64,000 nucleotides of DNA. It comes from Lama guanicoe. Its lineage: Eukaryota. The notes below the pieces were generated by a model. It did no database searches, was not told the DNA's origin, and saw only the letters and a list, made by a program, of their open reading frames with translations. The DNA lies in the NCBI GenBank assembly GCA_013239625.1, contig MU054187.1:9693231-9757230 (forward strand). The letters are read 5' to 3'. The position numbers and the translations under genes are program-made. Positions within the stretch are counted from its first letter, which is position 1. Each line of letters starts with the position of its first letter. This document shows, one piece after another, positions 1-13,407 of the stretch.

Positions 1-720
1 GGCGCAGCTTCCGCTCTGCCCTCTGGGAATTAGAGTTTTCCAGCCTCTCTCCTGGTCTTCAAGTGCTGGGATCTTTGATCCGTAAAGAACTACAAATACC
101 GTGAGGCCAAGCGGTTCAGCGCCCGCGGAGAGGAGGAAGAGGAAGGCAGTGGGGAGGGAGGCAGAAAGGAAGATTGTCACTCACGTTGCCTGCCGGGAGT
201 TGTAGTTTTAACTGTACCTCTTTTGTCGTCTTCCCCATCCTGGGGCCCAAGCAAAATGAGTAAGAGAGACCACATTTCCTAGGATGCCTTGCGGTTCGAG
301 CGGCCTCACTTCCCCCATAGGCGGAGGGAAGGATACAGGGAAGCTTGGTTAATAACAGAGTTAAAGGGAATGGGTGTCGGAAGCAAAGGGTCTGAAGTTC
401 ACGACTGCTAGAAGGGGAGGGGAATGAAAGGCTCTCAGTGAAGAAGGTACAGTAAATAAATGTCCAGCGACATGGCGGGCTGGGAAGTTGAGTGAAATGG
501 TCTAGTCTAGGCTGGAGGTCATAAAAGAAAAGGGGGGAGTATAGTGAATTGATTCTCGGAATGTTTCTTAAGTTTTTTTTTTTTTTTCATCCTGTCCTGT
601 CACACTCCTCACTTCTCATTCTTACCGCTCTTACAAGCCACTCAGGCTTCTGAACTACCTCTTCTGCCTTTTTTCCCCTCTGTGCTGGGAGTCACCGAGG
701 CGCCATTTGTTTCCTGGAAC
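1..720. promoter_or_regulatory. Edge of a CpG promoter with clustered ZNF143/THAP11-type (ACTACAnnTCCC) and YY1 motifs
   Basis: CpG-rich start. ACTACAACTCCCGGCA on - strand at 191-206, ACTACAAATACC at 89-100, ACCACATTTCCTAGGATGCC at 269-288, ACTCTAATTCCCAGA on - strand at ~23-37. YY1-like ACATGGCGG at 470-478 and GCGCCATTTG at ~700-709. Confidence 0.85.
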
Positions 721-849
721 TGTGTACATTTTTGCAGTTTACAGTACAAAAAGCAATACCTTGGATGTGTATAGAGTTTAAATACAGATCCAGAGCTTTC
801 TGAGTAGGTATAATATTGTTTGCTCCTTATAGTCCTACCCTCAGAGAGT

Positions 850-1215
850 AATAGCAGTTATCATTTATTGCGTTCTTGATATATGCCTGTCATAGCATTT
901 ACATACACGATGTCGTTTAATCTTAATAATATAATAATAGAGGAAACATGTCCAGAAAGGAAATGACTTGCTTAGGTTTACAGGCGTTTAGACCTAGATC
1001 TGTACCCATTTTACAGACAGGAACATAGGCAGGAAAAGTGTTAATATAAAATAGTAACTAACTTCTGGTTACTGCTGTTTTATAGTTTGCATAACTTGTT
1101 CACATGTATCATCTCATCCTCACACCTGTAATACCTTTACGAGGTATTACTGACTGTATTTACAGTTATGGAAACAGACTAGAAAGAATTAAGTTACTTG
1201 TCCAAGGTCAAATCA
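850..1215 (-). mobile_element. MIR SINE fragments
   Basis: Reverse-orientation MIR core (attttacaga..ggaaac, aagttacttgtccaaggtca). Confidence 0.7.
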
Positions 1216-1596
1216 CAGGGATATCTCAGCCCCAGAGAGTGCTTTTTACACGACTTACTGCAAGAGGGAAAAGGAGCTGTTAAGCTCAGACCTTTTGTTA
1301 GGCCTCAGGATCTCCTCTTAATGACTCAAGAGGGTAATAAGGATGTTTACCCTTAAGGAGGCCACAGAATATTTTTTCTGAGTTATACATCTCTGCTTTA
1401 TTGAAAATCAAGATTTGAGGTTTTTCAAAAAATGCACCTTGAAGATACCAATTTTCTATAGGGAAATGGTTACTATGACATTTTTAATTGTACATTTTCC
1501 AAGCACCACTCATTAAAATTCTAACAGAATTTTCCAGGTGGAGAATACAATACAGTGTTAATAGTCCACCATTCACTATATCGTAACGTCATTTCT

Positions 1597-1780
1597 TCTT
1601 TTTTTTTATTGAAGTATAGTTGATTTATAATGATTCAGGTGTACAGCAAAGTGATTCAGTTATATATATTCTTTTTTAGATTTTTTTTTCATTATAGGTT
1701 ATTACAAGATATTGAATAAAGTTCCCTGTGCTACGCAGTAGGTTCTTGTTTATGTGTTTTATATGTAGTAGTGTGTGTAC
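1597..1780 (-). mobile_element. 5'-truncated L1 3' end (artiodactyl-type)
   Basis: Poly-T followed by attgaagtatagttgattta, the typical antisense L1 3' terminus. Confidence 0.8.
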
Positions 1781-3140
1781 AGAACTTTATTACTTATGTG
1801 CTAGGAAACTGCCGCTTTATGCAGAACACATTCATATGTTAATTGAAAGCTAGTACTATTTTAATGTTGTACAGTTAGCTCCTTTCACTTATCGTTCTGG
1901 AAATTCTTGCTTTCTGAAACTTTAGATAAGTGAAACTCCCTCAAAATTTCTGAAACATTTGGCACCAAATAGATACATAGTACAGTCCATGAAACCACTC
2001 AAGTTTTCTATAGCTGCCAAGGGAACTGTTTACCTTATTAGGTTTTTTAAGCAAATAGAATATTTGCTCCTTTGAAGTGAATCGACTGTAAAATACACGC
2101 TCCTGAAGAATATTAGTGCTGACTTTCACCTAATTATTGTTTACAGTTTTCTTCTGAAGAAATGGCATGCTTCAAAAAGAAATCCTTCAAATATTAAATT
2201 ATTTGCTTGCCCAATTCTACCTGGCCTGTAAAAATAGTGTAACCTCCATACAAGATAGGTAATGTTACTTACCTTGAAGGGAGTAATTTTCAATAGTTTT
2301 TCTTAAAGAATTAATTCATGCAGGTAAATTGTTTATATCTATTCTGACAGTAGTTTGGTGGTAACTACACAAGTGGTCTTGGAGCTGATTTTGAATTCTT
2401 TATAAGTTGAGAAACTAGATGTGCCCTTTAAGTGGAAATTATTTTCTGCTGTGACTGAGAATTTACACCTGCAGCAAAGTTATATTTTTCTCATGATGAA
2501 ATCCTCGGAGCACATAAAGAGTAATAGCAGTGTGCAGTTCTAACACTGATGTGCACTTTCATGTGGAGATCACCAACCCAAATTGTCCTTGTTGATGAAA
2601 CTTATGAATAGTGAAATAGATTTTTTTAAAGTGCGTTTGAATATGTCATTCTGAATCGTACCTTCACAGAATATCTACTTCCACCCTGCTGAAAGAATTG
2701 GGTAGACTTTCTCTGACTTATCAAGTACAATCCACTTGACTGGTCCAGTGTTAATTTCTCCATATGTAACCTTGATTAGTTAGAAATTCTGTTCCCAAAC
2801 TAAATTTGATACTTAAACCCATTTGTTACTTTAGCTCTCCTACTTTTAAGGACTATATTATTGAGGGAAAAAAAATAGTTAATGGGGGGGGCAGGGAGAG
2901 GAGATAAGTTTTAAAGCAATTCTAGAATTAAATTAGATCATTTAACCTGAAAGTCATTTATTTTAATAAGTCTGTAGATGCAAAGTTAGAAGGTAAGAAA
3001 GCTAACATAAATAAAGGGGCAATGATATTAACCAGGCCAAATCCAAGATGTGAATTAATTCTTTACAGCCACTTAGGCATGGGTACCTATAAAATAAGAA
3101 AAAGAAAATTTTGTCATGACCAAATGTGACGTTTTGTTTT

Positions 3141-3425
3141 CTTTTTTTTTTTTAATTGAAGTATAGTTGATTTACAGTGTTGTGTGTTTCTGGTGTACAG
3201 CACAGTGATCCAACTGTACATATATATACACATATTCTTTTTCATATTCTCTTTCATTACAGGCTACTACAAGCCATTGAATATAGTTCCCTGTGCTATA
3301 CTATACAGTAGAACCTTGTTGTTTATCTATTCTGTACATAGTAGTTTGTATCTGCCAATCTTAAACTTCCAATTATTCCTCCTCCCCCCTTCCCACCCTG
3401 GTAACCATAAGTTTGTTTTCTATGA
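3141..3425 (-). mobile_element. 5'-truncated L1 3' end (artiodactyl-type)
   Basis: Poly-T plus aattgaagtatagttgatttaca...ggtaaccataagtttgttttctatg. Accounts for ORF 3184..3522. Confidence 0.85.
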
Positions 3426-4836
3426 CATTCTATTTCTTATGTGGCCAAAGGAGTGCAGAAAGCCTGCAACCTGCTTGCGTGAGATACATATACTTCCTTC
3501 CTCTTCCCCCCAAATCCCATGATATTAATTACCTAATGACCTTCATAAAATCTTTGTAGAACATAAAATAGTTATTGTTCTTGAATCAGTATTCCAGATG
3601 GGAAAAATGTGCTGAGCACCTGATGTTACCTACCTCTTCTACCACCATCACCCCAGCATCACTTGTATCTGAACTGTCAAAATTAAGTTTATGCTGAAAT
3701 TCATTTTTTTCATCATTTCTGATATGGCATTGTAAACTTCCTATATTGCTTTTTACAAACCTGGTAAATGTAAAAAGCTAGGGGTCTCCACTTAACAGCA
3801 GAACAACCATCCTTGTTTTTTCTCTTTTATATTGGAAAAAGAAGGGAAGCATAACTTTGGGAGTTGTTAGAAGTGAGCCACATACTTTCTCATATGAAAT
3901 GTACATCTCTATTGAGAGTCCATTTATGTCACTCCAGATCCCTACCCCAGACAATCAGACTTTGAGCCACAAGCTTTTGTTGAAGCTTGGGGTGGACGTG
4001 AGAGGGACTTCATTACTGAAGTAGGTATTGTAGGAACTTAAAGGGGTACAGAAGGCCATCCCCATCCCAAAAGAGCTCAGAGTCTAATAGAATAAATAGG
4101 CTTAACTAAATTGTTCCTAAATACAAGTAGAATAAGGCATATAATCAATCAAAACAATATAAGAAAATATCACAAACACTGTGAACAATTTAGTGAGGGC
4201 TTGTTACAGGGCAGATGTTTTTAAGTATATTATCTTAATCTTTAAAACAATCCCATGAGATAGATAGTATTGTCCTTATTACACAGATGAGAAGAAGATG
4301 TAACCCTGAAAGGTTCACATTTTTATCATTATTACCACCCAGTTAGCAAGTAGTGGAGCTGGGCTTCAAATCAAGGTTTTCCTCCATTTTTCGGAACTCA
4401 CTCTTTCCACTACATCGTAGCTGCTTGGTGATATGAGAGAGAATTAGCCAAGAAGTGAGTGCAAACTGGTGGCCAGTAGCCAAACTTGGCTTTGTTATGT
4501 TTGTGTTTGACCAGCAGCAGTTTAACTTTTTTAGAATGTGAACATCTTTGGGCAGTGGCCAGCACTTCACTCTTTAAGGTCATACACCAGGCCCCCTTGA
4601 GACAAATTACCTGCCAGCCTCCAGAAAGCATTTGTGTGTTCTGTATCAGGCAGTAGTAACTGAGGATAGAGAGGAGCTATTCTCAAAAGGCTTGTGGAGA
4701 AGGTATGTCCAAGGGTAGAAGGAGGACACTGTGAACAAGAGTTGCAGAGAGTATTTGAGGAAGAATGATTGGCAAGATTTGTCCTTATATAAAGGTGAGA
4801 GATGTCAAGTACAGAGCTACAAGTTATGCCTTAGCA

Positions 4837-5012
4837 CGGTAGTTCTCAGACTTTACTGGGCATCAGAATCGAACATAAAGCTAAAACACAGATTGCTGGG
4901 CTCCACCCCAGGTGTACTCAATCTGGGGTGGAGTTTGAGAATTTGCATTTCTAGCAAGTTCTCTGGTACTGCTGATGCCACTGATTCAAAGATCACACTT
5001 TGAAAATCACTG
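4837..5012. mobile_element. MER5A-like hAT-Charlie MITE
   Basis: Terminal inverted repeats cggtagttctca / tgaaaatcactg and internal aaaacacagattgctgggc...gaatttgcatttcta. Confidence 0.85.
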
Positions 5013-5304
5013 CTTACCAGACTATAGGGCACTTTGGGTGAAGGGCTTAAAGCCAAGATTTGTTTCAGTGTTTCTATTGTTTTAAGTATAAAAAGAATTA
5101 CTTGACATAGGATATTTAGAAACTAAGTAAAAAAGAAGAAAAAATAAGTCTGTTATCAATTAGAGGTTATACAACTGTTGACATTTTTGATGGACAGTTC
5201 AAGTTCTTTTTCTTCCCCTAAAAAAAGAAAGAAAGAAAAGAAAAACAGAAGTGTACTTTTTTAAGAAACCAAAATTACACCACCCTCATCCTCAGCCTCA
5301 TCAT

Positions 5305-5545
5305 GGTAGCTGTTAACGCTTACTGAGCATCTACTGTGCACCAGCATCTTTACATATACTTACTTAATCCTTACAATATCCTTATGAGCCAGGTACTATT
5401 ATTAACATTTTTATTTTACAGATGAGGAAACTGAAGCACAGAGAAGTTAAGTAACTTACTCAATGTGTCATTGCTAGTAAGTAGCAAAATTAGAATTAAA
5501 ACCCACATAGTCTGGCTCCAGATTACACTTAGCTATTATGCCATA
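5305..5545 (-). mobile_element. MIR SINE
   Basis: ttttacagatgaggaaactgaagcacagagaagttaagtaactt core. Confidence 0.85.
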
Positions 5546-6167
5546 CTAACACTTAGGCTATTCTGACCATCTTCCTATACTACTGTGCATACTGTTTTAA
5601 ACTTATATTCTTTAATCGCATCATGAACAATCTTGATAACATTAAATGTTCTTGTCTAACATTTAAAATGAAAGCCTACTTTTTTTGTTTTAAAATATTT
5701 CAAACACTCAAAAGTGTACAGAAAAATAATATAAAACTCACCACCAGGTTTAACAAATGTTTCTATTTCAGCCTATTTGCTTCAGAATGCCCCCTTCAAA
5801 AACACACACATAGATGTAGTAAGACTGTGATTCTGAGGTTTAATTTTACTTAAAACAAGATTGTGCCTTATGAGTTATAAGAGAAATCATTTCCCTTAAT
5901 AAAAATAGGATATCCTTTAAACTTAGTAATGGAAGAAGAGTTTTTATGTAGTGAACAACTCCATAGTTACCGTTGCCATTGTCATACCACTGGCCTTTAA
6001 CACCCTGGCCCAAGCATGGGTTTTATTAATTACTTGGTGATAAAGGTAATACACACAGATAGTAACATAAAACTAGGTAATGTGACGTGTATGGCTTGGC
6101 TTACTCAGTTTTCAGGCTGCTTGGACCACCTCCATGTGGTGAAGGTTACATTCCACCAGAGTGACAT

Positions 6168-6372
6168 CTCAGCATTGCCCAATAGAACTGTCTGTGGTGA
6201 TGGAAAAGTCCTATGCCTGTCCTGTCCAGCATGGCAGCCATTAGTCACATGTGGCTCTTAGGCACTTGAAATGTGGCTAGTGCAACTGAGGAACTGAATT
6301 GTTCACTTAATCTAATTTAGATTAGATGAAAGTGCCACATTTTGCTACTGGCTACCATACTGGGCAGCACAG
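6168..6372. mobile_element. MER3-like hAT-Charlie MITE
   Basis: ccaatagaact...cacttgaaatgtggctagtgcaactgaggaactgaatt...ggctaccatactgggcagcacag. Confidence 0.8.
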
Positions 6373-6439
6373 ATCTAGGTCCTTAAAGTTCCCATAAAAA
6401 ATAATCAGTCCCCTAATTCCAGTGAGGTCCTGGCTCTGA

Positions 6440-6650
6440 TGGGGGTCAGGAAATGGGGACTGACTGCAGAAGTGAACAAGGGAACTTCTGGGGATGATGG
6501 AAATATTCTTTATCTTGATTATGGTGATCGTGACATGGATATATACATTTGCCAGAAGTCATCTGACTGTACTCTTAAAATGGGTGCATTTGTCGTATGT
6601 AAATTATACCTCAATAAAGTTGATTTTTAAAAGGAAAAGGAAAAAAAAGA
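6440..6650 (+). mobile_element. Old L1M 3' end
   Basis: gatggaaatattctttatcttgatt...gtaaattatacctcaataaagttgattt followed by an A-rich tail. Confidence 0.8.
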
Positions 6651-6719
6651 TTTTCAGAGACAGGAGTTCCATCTCTTGTCTATCTAAAACATGCCTTCTG
6701 CAGTCGCATTTTTTCCTCC

Positions 6720-7190
6720 CTAAGAACCACCAAAGTCGTTACTACATTATAAGACCCTGTGGCCTGGCCCCAGTGACTTCTCTGACTTTGTTTCCCTGAC
6801 TCATGTTTCAACCATACTGGCTACCTTATTGGTCCTCAAACATTCCAAGTACATTCCTGTCTCAAGACCTTTGCACTTGCTCTTCTTCTGCCTGGAAAAC
6901 CCTTTTCCTGGACAATATTATTTAGGTGTCTGCTCAAACATCAGCTCCAAAAAGATGCCATTCCTGCAGCGCCTCTAAAACAGCACTTCTGTCCTTTTGA
7001 TTCTCTGTTCCCTTATCCTGCTCACTTTCTTTACAGCACGAATCACTATCTGAAATCATATAATTACTTGTCTGTTGTCCTCTTTCCCCATTAGACTGTA
7101 AGGCTGTTCATAAGGACAGGCAGTTTGTTGATTGTTGGAATCCCTGTGCCAGGCACACAGTAGCCCAATAAATATTGTTGAATGAATGAA
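6720..7190 (+). mobile_element. L2 3' end
   Basis: gacctttgcacttgctc... ending in aaatattgttgaatgaatgaat. Confidence 0.8.
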
Positions 7191-8011
7191 TGGCTATCAT
7201 CCGTGGCAGTTTCTCAGCCTGAGAGCCAAGCATATATTTATAGAAAATCCACAAATTCTCTACTAATCTAAAATAAGGTAACATGGTTTTCCAGATGAGC
7301 ACCTTAAAACATGAAGTTTGAGTATGGAGTCCACGTTGAATTTAGGATTTTGTTTGGATCAGATGAAAGCCAAAGGACATCATGACAAAATGTGTGAATA
7401 AAGATTCCACTGTAATTCTGATGGAGTTGAGCCATACATGTCACACAGTGGCCTAGACATGCCCCACAAAACAGAAATTGCACAAAACACACATGCACGT
7501 ACATATACTCATATTCACAACTTACGTTTGGTTCCCAGCAATAATTCAGTTAGGTACTATTTAATTCAGATTTCAAATACTCATAAATACTAACCCTGTC
7601 TTATAGTGAATAAGACTGCTTCACAGAGTTATTAAGTGATAATTAAAATTGGTGTTCCAGGATTTTGTAGCATTAGAATTTTTATGAAAATATGAGATCT
7701 AATTATCTTGAACTAGCAGCAAAAATCCTGGAAATTATTAACACATTTGTGCAAAAAGGTATTGTTTGCACTGACATTAGTACACATACAGAGATACAAT
7801 TAATGTGGATCAGAAGTTGAATGTTAATGATCACAAACCTAACATTGTACAATTTAAATTAACATCAGTTTTAAACGGCTGGACCAAATAACCACTGTCC
7901 TTGGAGCAGGAGAATGCTTATCACTGTGGTTATATTATCATTTCTTCTTCTTACTTTTTCTTTTCCCTCAATGTAGAACCTGAAGGGTAGAAGAAAGTTC
8001 AAGAATTTACT

Positions 8012-8055
8012 AAACAAAACAAAACAAAACAAAACAAAACAAAACAAAACAAAAC
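8012..8055. repeat. (AAAAC)n pentanucleotide microsatellite
   Basis: Eight perfect AAAAC units plus a partial unit. Confidence 0.97.
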
Positions 8056-9984
8056 ACTTGTATCTTCATTCCAGTGATAGTTTTAAGTTTTTGTAGAATG
8101 GCCTGACCCCTCTCTCTGAACCTTCTAGCTCTGTGCCCCAACACAGCCTAATTCAGTTCCTTTCATGAATATGACATAAAAAGTCAGAGCAAGAAGTACT
8201 TGACACATACTTCATATGCATAATTTCTTAAGACATTTTAATAGACGAGAGAAGAGCAAGAGTGCTTTTTCAGCCCTATGAATCACGTACGTAAATTCTT
8301 TCATGGTATTCCAAGTTATAAATGCATCATGATGATATATAAGAATTAAAATCCAGGGCAGTCTGCAAGCAGGGTATTTTATTTTGGTGGGCAGCAATGT
8401 AGTGTAGGAAATTATGTGTGTGTACTAAATTAAAGCATCGGCACTAGATGTCAGCAAATCACAGCATGGGAGAGTGATGAATGGACAGAATATCTTTGAC
8501 AGGGATTCCTCACCCAGCATTTTCCTATTTGAATATTAATTTTCATATAGCCTGGCATTTGCTAAGGTGTGTTCCATAAATTGTCATGTTGAGGCAAGAG
8601 TTCTACAGAGAAATAAACTTAGGAAATGTTGAATAAACGAAGTTCGTTTTCTTTTTCCACTGTAGGACTTCTCAGAGCCTTTCTTTCTAGGCTGATGATA
8701 ATGTGACTCTTTCCAAAGAGCAGGAGTGATGGCCTCAGAATATCGAGAGAGAGGAAGGGTTTACTGTCCAGAGTCTGCCTGCAGCACAGGATACTAGGAT
8801 CTATCCTTCAGTTACATTTGTTTACTTTGCACATTGTTTTATTTATTTGCTTTTTGTTTTGTTTTATTTAGAGTGCATATTTTGGAATGCTCTGGAGATG
8901 CTGCTAGCAATAAGGAGGGTGTTAGTGCCCTTAGAGCTCCTTTGCCCTAATAATTGATATGCAGCATTTCTACACTTCCTTGGCTACAGAACCATTTTGA
9001 ATCTATGTCATAGGCACACACTTTAGGAAAAACCAACAGAGACAGGTACTGCCTCTTGGTATGATCTACTTTTATCAGTGTACTTGAAAAGAGTTACTGT
9101 TTGCCCGTGTTTTGTGGTAGTAGATGGAGGTTTTTTTGCATTTAATGTTTTAATCAGCATGTTAAGTATTTGTGTATATGATGTGAGGAAGAGATTCAAC
9201 TTATTTATCTATTTCTTTTATATTGCAAAATGCCAGTTGTCCCCAAACTTTGCATTAAATGTGTTTTGGGTTTTGTTTTCAGGTCCAGAACCCTTCAGAT
9301 CAACTTACCAATAAGCTCAATATGTAAAACAGGTAAATGTGGTTGAAATGGGGAAGGATGAGAATTATGCTAACCTGGCAACACTCCTTATCCCCATTCC
9401 CAGCCTCCCTATAGAGGAGGCTCCAGGGAGCACTTTGAAAACCACTGGAAAAATTCATCCCCTCATAAATGACTTGAAATGCCACGTCTATAATATGCTA
9501 CATTAAAATTTTTACCCATTCCAATTATTTTTCTATTTTTCTGCCAATCTTATGCTTTCATTAATTTATAGAGCCTAAGAGCTTTATAATATAACAAAAG
9601 AAGAAATTGAAACATCTAATAAATAAGAGAGAGTCCCACAATACTGGCGTATTTCTTTCAAATAATGTCTATTATTGGCAAGAGTTGACTAGATACCTTC
9701 AATATGGAGATGATTAACTTGGTAAAACTATATGTTGATCAATAATTTGATAGTGTATGTCACAAGTTTACAAGGTTGATATTCTTTGACCCATCAAATC
9801 CCCTACAGGATTTAACCCTAAAGATATAACCAGAAAAGTATAGGAAATTTTTGCTATTGTTTATATTATTGATAGTTTTGAAAATGATCCAGATGTTTAA
9901 CAGTGTGAGATTGGTTAAATGAAGCCTGGCACAGCCATGAGATACGATATTCTTCAGCCATTACAATGATGTTGCAAAAAGAGA

Positions 9985-11880
9985 AGTATTTTATTGAGTG
10001 CTTTGATGCATCTGGCACTGTACCGTGCACCTGAATTATACTGTCTTACTTGAGCCTAACAATATCCCTAGGTGATAGGTATCTTTCCCGTTTATAGATG
10101 AGAAAACACAGAAGTTGAGTAAAGTTCCAACAGCTAGAAAGCAGTGTTGCTAGAATTCAACCTGTGTTTGCTCTTAACCCTCATTCTTAATCACTGTCCT
10201 AATGATAAGGGAAAATATTTACTGATAAGTTATTGTTTTAATGCAGTCTAACTGACCTTAAAATAAACAACAAACAAAAAAAAAACCCCTAAATGCAATC
10301 CCTTCTTCCTAACTTTGGAAGGTACTTACGCTTGGTAATTTTTCCCCCAAAGGAATTGACCTTTGTACATGTTCTTTATTGATTTTGGAAGTATTAAATG
10401 CCTGCTCTAAGAATTAAAACCGGGCTGAACATTATGTAGTAGCTGCCCCTTTAATCATAAATTACACCTCTGTATGTGATTGGAGATACTTGTAGGCTCT
10501 TTTCTAAGGTTCCCTCAATTCTGCCTCTTCTTGCCCCAGTGTCAGCTTATGGGCCCTGGTTGGGGATGGAGACGGACCAGAAAGGCAGCCTGAGTGGAGA
10601 GGTCCATGTAGGTCTAAATGACTAACTTTCAGCACAGCAGGGTACACTGTGTATGAGGTGTAGCATGGTGATCAGAAGTGCGGGCTTTGGAGGCCGACTG
10701 GCTAGACTGAGTCCCAGCTTTTGAACTTGGGACCTCCTGGTGCCTTGATGTCTTCATAAAATGAAGGTGGTCATGTACCTACCTCCTAAGATTATGGTGT
10801 GGATTTAAGTGGTCAATGCACGTAAAGTATTTAGAACAGTGCCAGGGTCATAGTAAATGCTCAACCATTAGCTATAATTACTGTAAGGATGATGAAGGTG
10901 GTGGTGATGATGCGTACATGCAGAGAAGGAAGAAAAGAAAGGTAACTTAATAGCACTTACTATGTGCCCTATACCTGCATGATCTCCCCCATTTGACCTC
11001 TATGAGTTAGATATTTTTATTCCCATTTTATACAGATGAGGAATCTAAAATTCAGGGAGGTTACATATTTCTTGTGTAGAATGAATAATTAGACCCAATT
11101 CTAGGACAAAGAGCAAGATAAATACTGAAAGCCAGCTGGTTAGGAGATAGAAAAATGCTGAGAATGAGATGAGAAGCAGGCCAGCAGGGTCACCACCCTT
11201 TTGGACCAAGACACAGTGTTTTAACTTTCAGGACTGGGGTTGGGGGCATGTAGTGCTCAATCTGGTATCAGAAAACTGTCCTTCAGAAATCCAACTGTTT
11301 TTATACTGGTTGATATTCCTCTTTTTGTTCTCCCTTAGTATGTCCTAAAATAATTTCTGAATTATCAATCTATCTCATTTGTGCTTTGAGGAATCAGAAA
11401 GGCAAAAGGAACCTGGGGCCACCTCCTGCTGGAGCTTTCAGAAAGAACCTGGTCCGTTAGACATCAGGTATGCTGAGCTTCAAATGCCAGAAGCCCAAGA
11501 GGGCAAAGAAACACAGGGAGAAAAAGCTTCCTCCCCTGGGGCTTCTGGAGCATTCTCTGCTCTATCCTTGGAAGGTTTTGAACAGTGCTCTTTGTCCTAG
11601 AGGATGGCCGTTCACTTACTCATCTGGCCAGCATGACTCATCCCCAGGAGTGATAAGTAAGTGAAATTTTACAGTATTTATGTTTTTGTGACTTTTATAA
11701 ACATGATGATGTGGAAAGAGCGTGGACTTTGGAGTCACACAGACCCAAGGTAAACTCTTGGATTTGTCACTTAGTTGTGCAATTTGGAGCTGGTTAATAA
11801 CTTCTCTGGGCTTCCTCATCTATAAAATAGGAATAATGAAATCTTCGCAGAACTGGTATGAAAATGAAACGAGCCAGCAA
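9985..11880. mobile_element. Cluster of four MIR copies (~9985-10200 -, ~10655-10880 +, ~10945-11100 -, ~11700-11880 +)
   Basis: MIR core and 3' motifs in alternating orientation. Confidence 0.7.
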
Positions 11881-13009
11881 AAATGAAAGTGGACCCTGGA
11901 CCTCTGGCACGCACAAGCCCTCATGCTTTTCCTTCCCGTCAGATTGTGGTTTTGGGGTGAGCATTTGCCATATCTTGTATTTGTTTTTATACTTTCCTAC
12001 TATATAAAGTACAATGCTTTGTTTACGGTAGCATCCCATAAATACCAGCTGAATGACTGTGGCATACATGCACATAAACTGAATAATGAGTAGACAAATT
12101 TTAGGTGTGTTTCAGTGTTTATTTGTTTATTTACCCTGTCATAGAGAAAAACGGCCAACTGTAGCAAAGTAGGATGTGGAGTCAGGGCTGAAGCATCAGG
12201 TAGCTCATTCCCTGCATGGAGCCACCAGCTCCAAGGGAGAGTGGGGCCCAAGGTCCCCACCCCTCCACTTACAGAGCCCCTGAGAGCACCGTGTCTCAGT
12301 TTGCTCAGAGGTGGCCTTCTGTGGGTGAATAAAGTCTCATCTCTTCTGACGAAAGGGGTTCCTCCCATAAACAATTTGCTGTGCTTGATTTAATGTTTTT
12401 TTATCTTTTAATTATGAAATTATGCAAAGAAGGTGATGTGACACTCATTTACCAGTAAGTTGAGATTGCCATAATTGCAATGACTTTTTTGAAATTTTGA
12501 CTTAATTTCAGACTTTTAGAAAAACTGGAAGAATATTACAAAGAATTCCTGTACACCCTTCCCAGTTTCCCGAGTGTTAATATTTTACCCCATTTGCTCA
12601 TCCTTGTCTCTCTATATTATACATGCACATTTTTTCTCTGAGCCATTTAAGGTAAATTTCCCTCCCACCCTCTCCTTCCTTCCTTCCTTCCTTTCTCTGA
12701 CATAAAACATTTAGGTAGAGTTAAAGCTTCCCCTCCTCACCCACCCCTCCTTTCCTTCCTTTGTCAGGGAACCTGCTGTCTGACATATTTTTGTCCTTTT
12801 ACTATATGGTTAGATTTATAGATACTGAATTTTTATTTGTTGAGACTTGTAATCTAGAAAATGATCACTTTTACAGATGTTCCATATTACCTGAGAAAAA
12901 ATGTGTACTCTTTTAATTCTTTAAATGAGCCCATAGCTGTAAATCACTTACAACAGTGCCTGGCACATCATAAGCATCATGTAGTGTTAAATTTTAAAAA
13001 TAATCATGT

Positions 13010-13150
13010 GGGGAGAGTATAGCTCAAGTGATAGAGTGCATGCTTAGCATGCACAAGGTCCTGGGTTCAGTCCCCAGTACCTCCTCTAAAAATAAGTAAA
13101 CCTAATTACCTCCCTCTCACACACACACACGAAACCTTAAAAAAAAATAA
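13010..13150 (+). mobile_element. tRNA-Ala-derived SINE (Vic-1-like) with TSD
   Basis: ggggagagtatagctcaagtgatagagtgcatgcttagcatgc head with A/B boxes and an A tail. Direct repeat taaaaataatcat(g/a)tgg at 12995-13011 and 13148-13164. Confidence 0.92.
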
Positions 13151-13201
13151 AAATAATCATATGGTTGTACAGTTATATATAAAGTCCACTAGCTTGTATT
13201 T

Positions 13202-13407
13202 CTTGGTTATTGAAATATAGCTGGTTTACAATATTACATTAGTTTCAGGTGTACAACATAGATTCAATATTTTTATAGATTATACTCCATTTAAAGTTAT
13301 TATAAAATATTGGCTATATTCTCTGTGATGTACACTATGTCCTTGCAGCTTATTTATTTTATGCATATTAGTTTGTACCTCTTAATCCCCTACCCTATCT
13401 TGCCCCT
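13202..13407 (-). mobile_element. 5'-truncated L1 3' end nested in an older L1M fragment
   Basis: ttattgaaatatagctggtttacaat... flanked by ctagct(tg/ca)tattt direct repeats. Confidence 0.8.
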
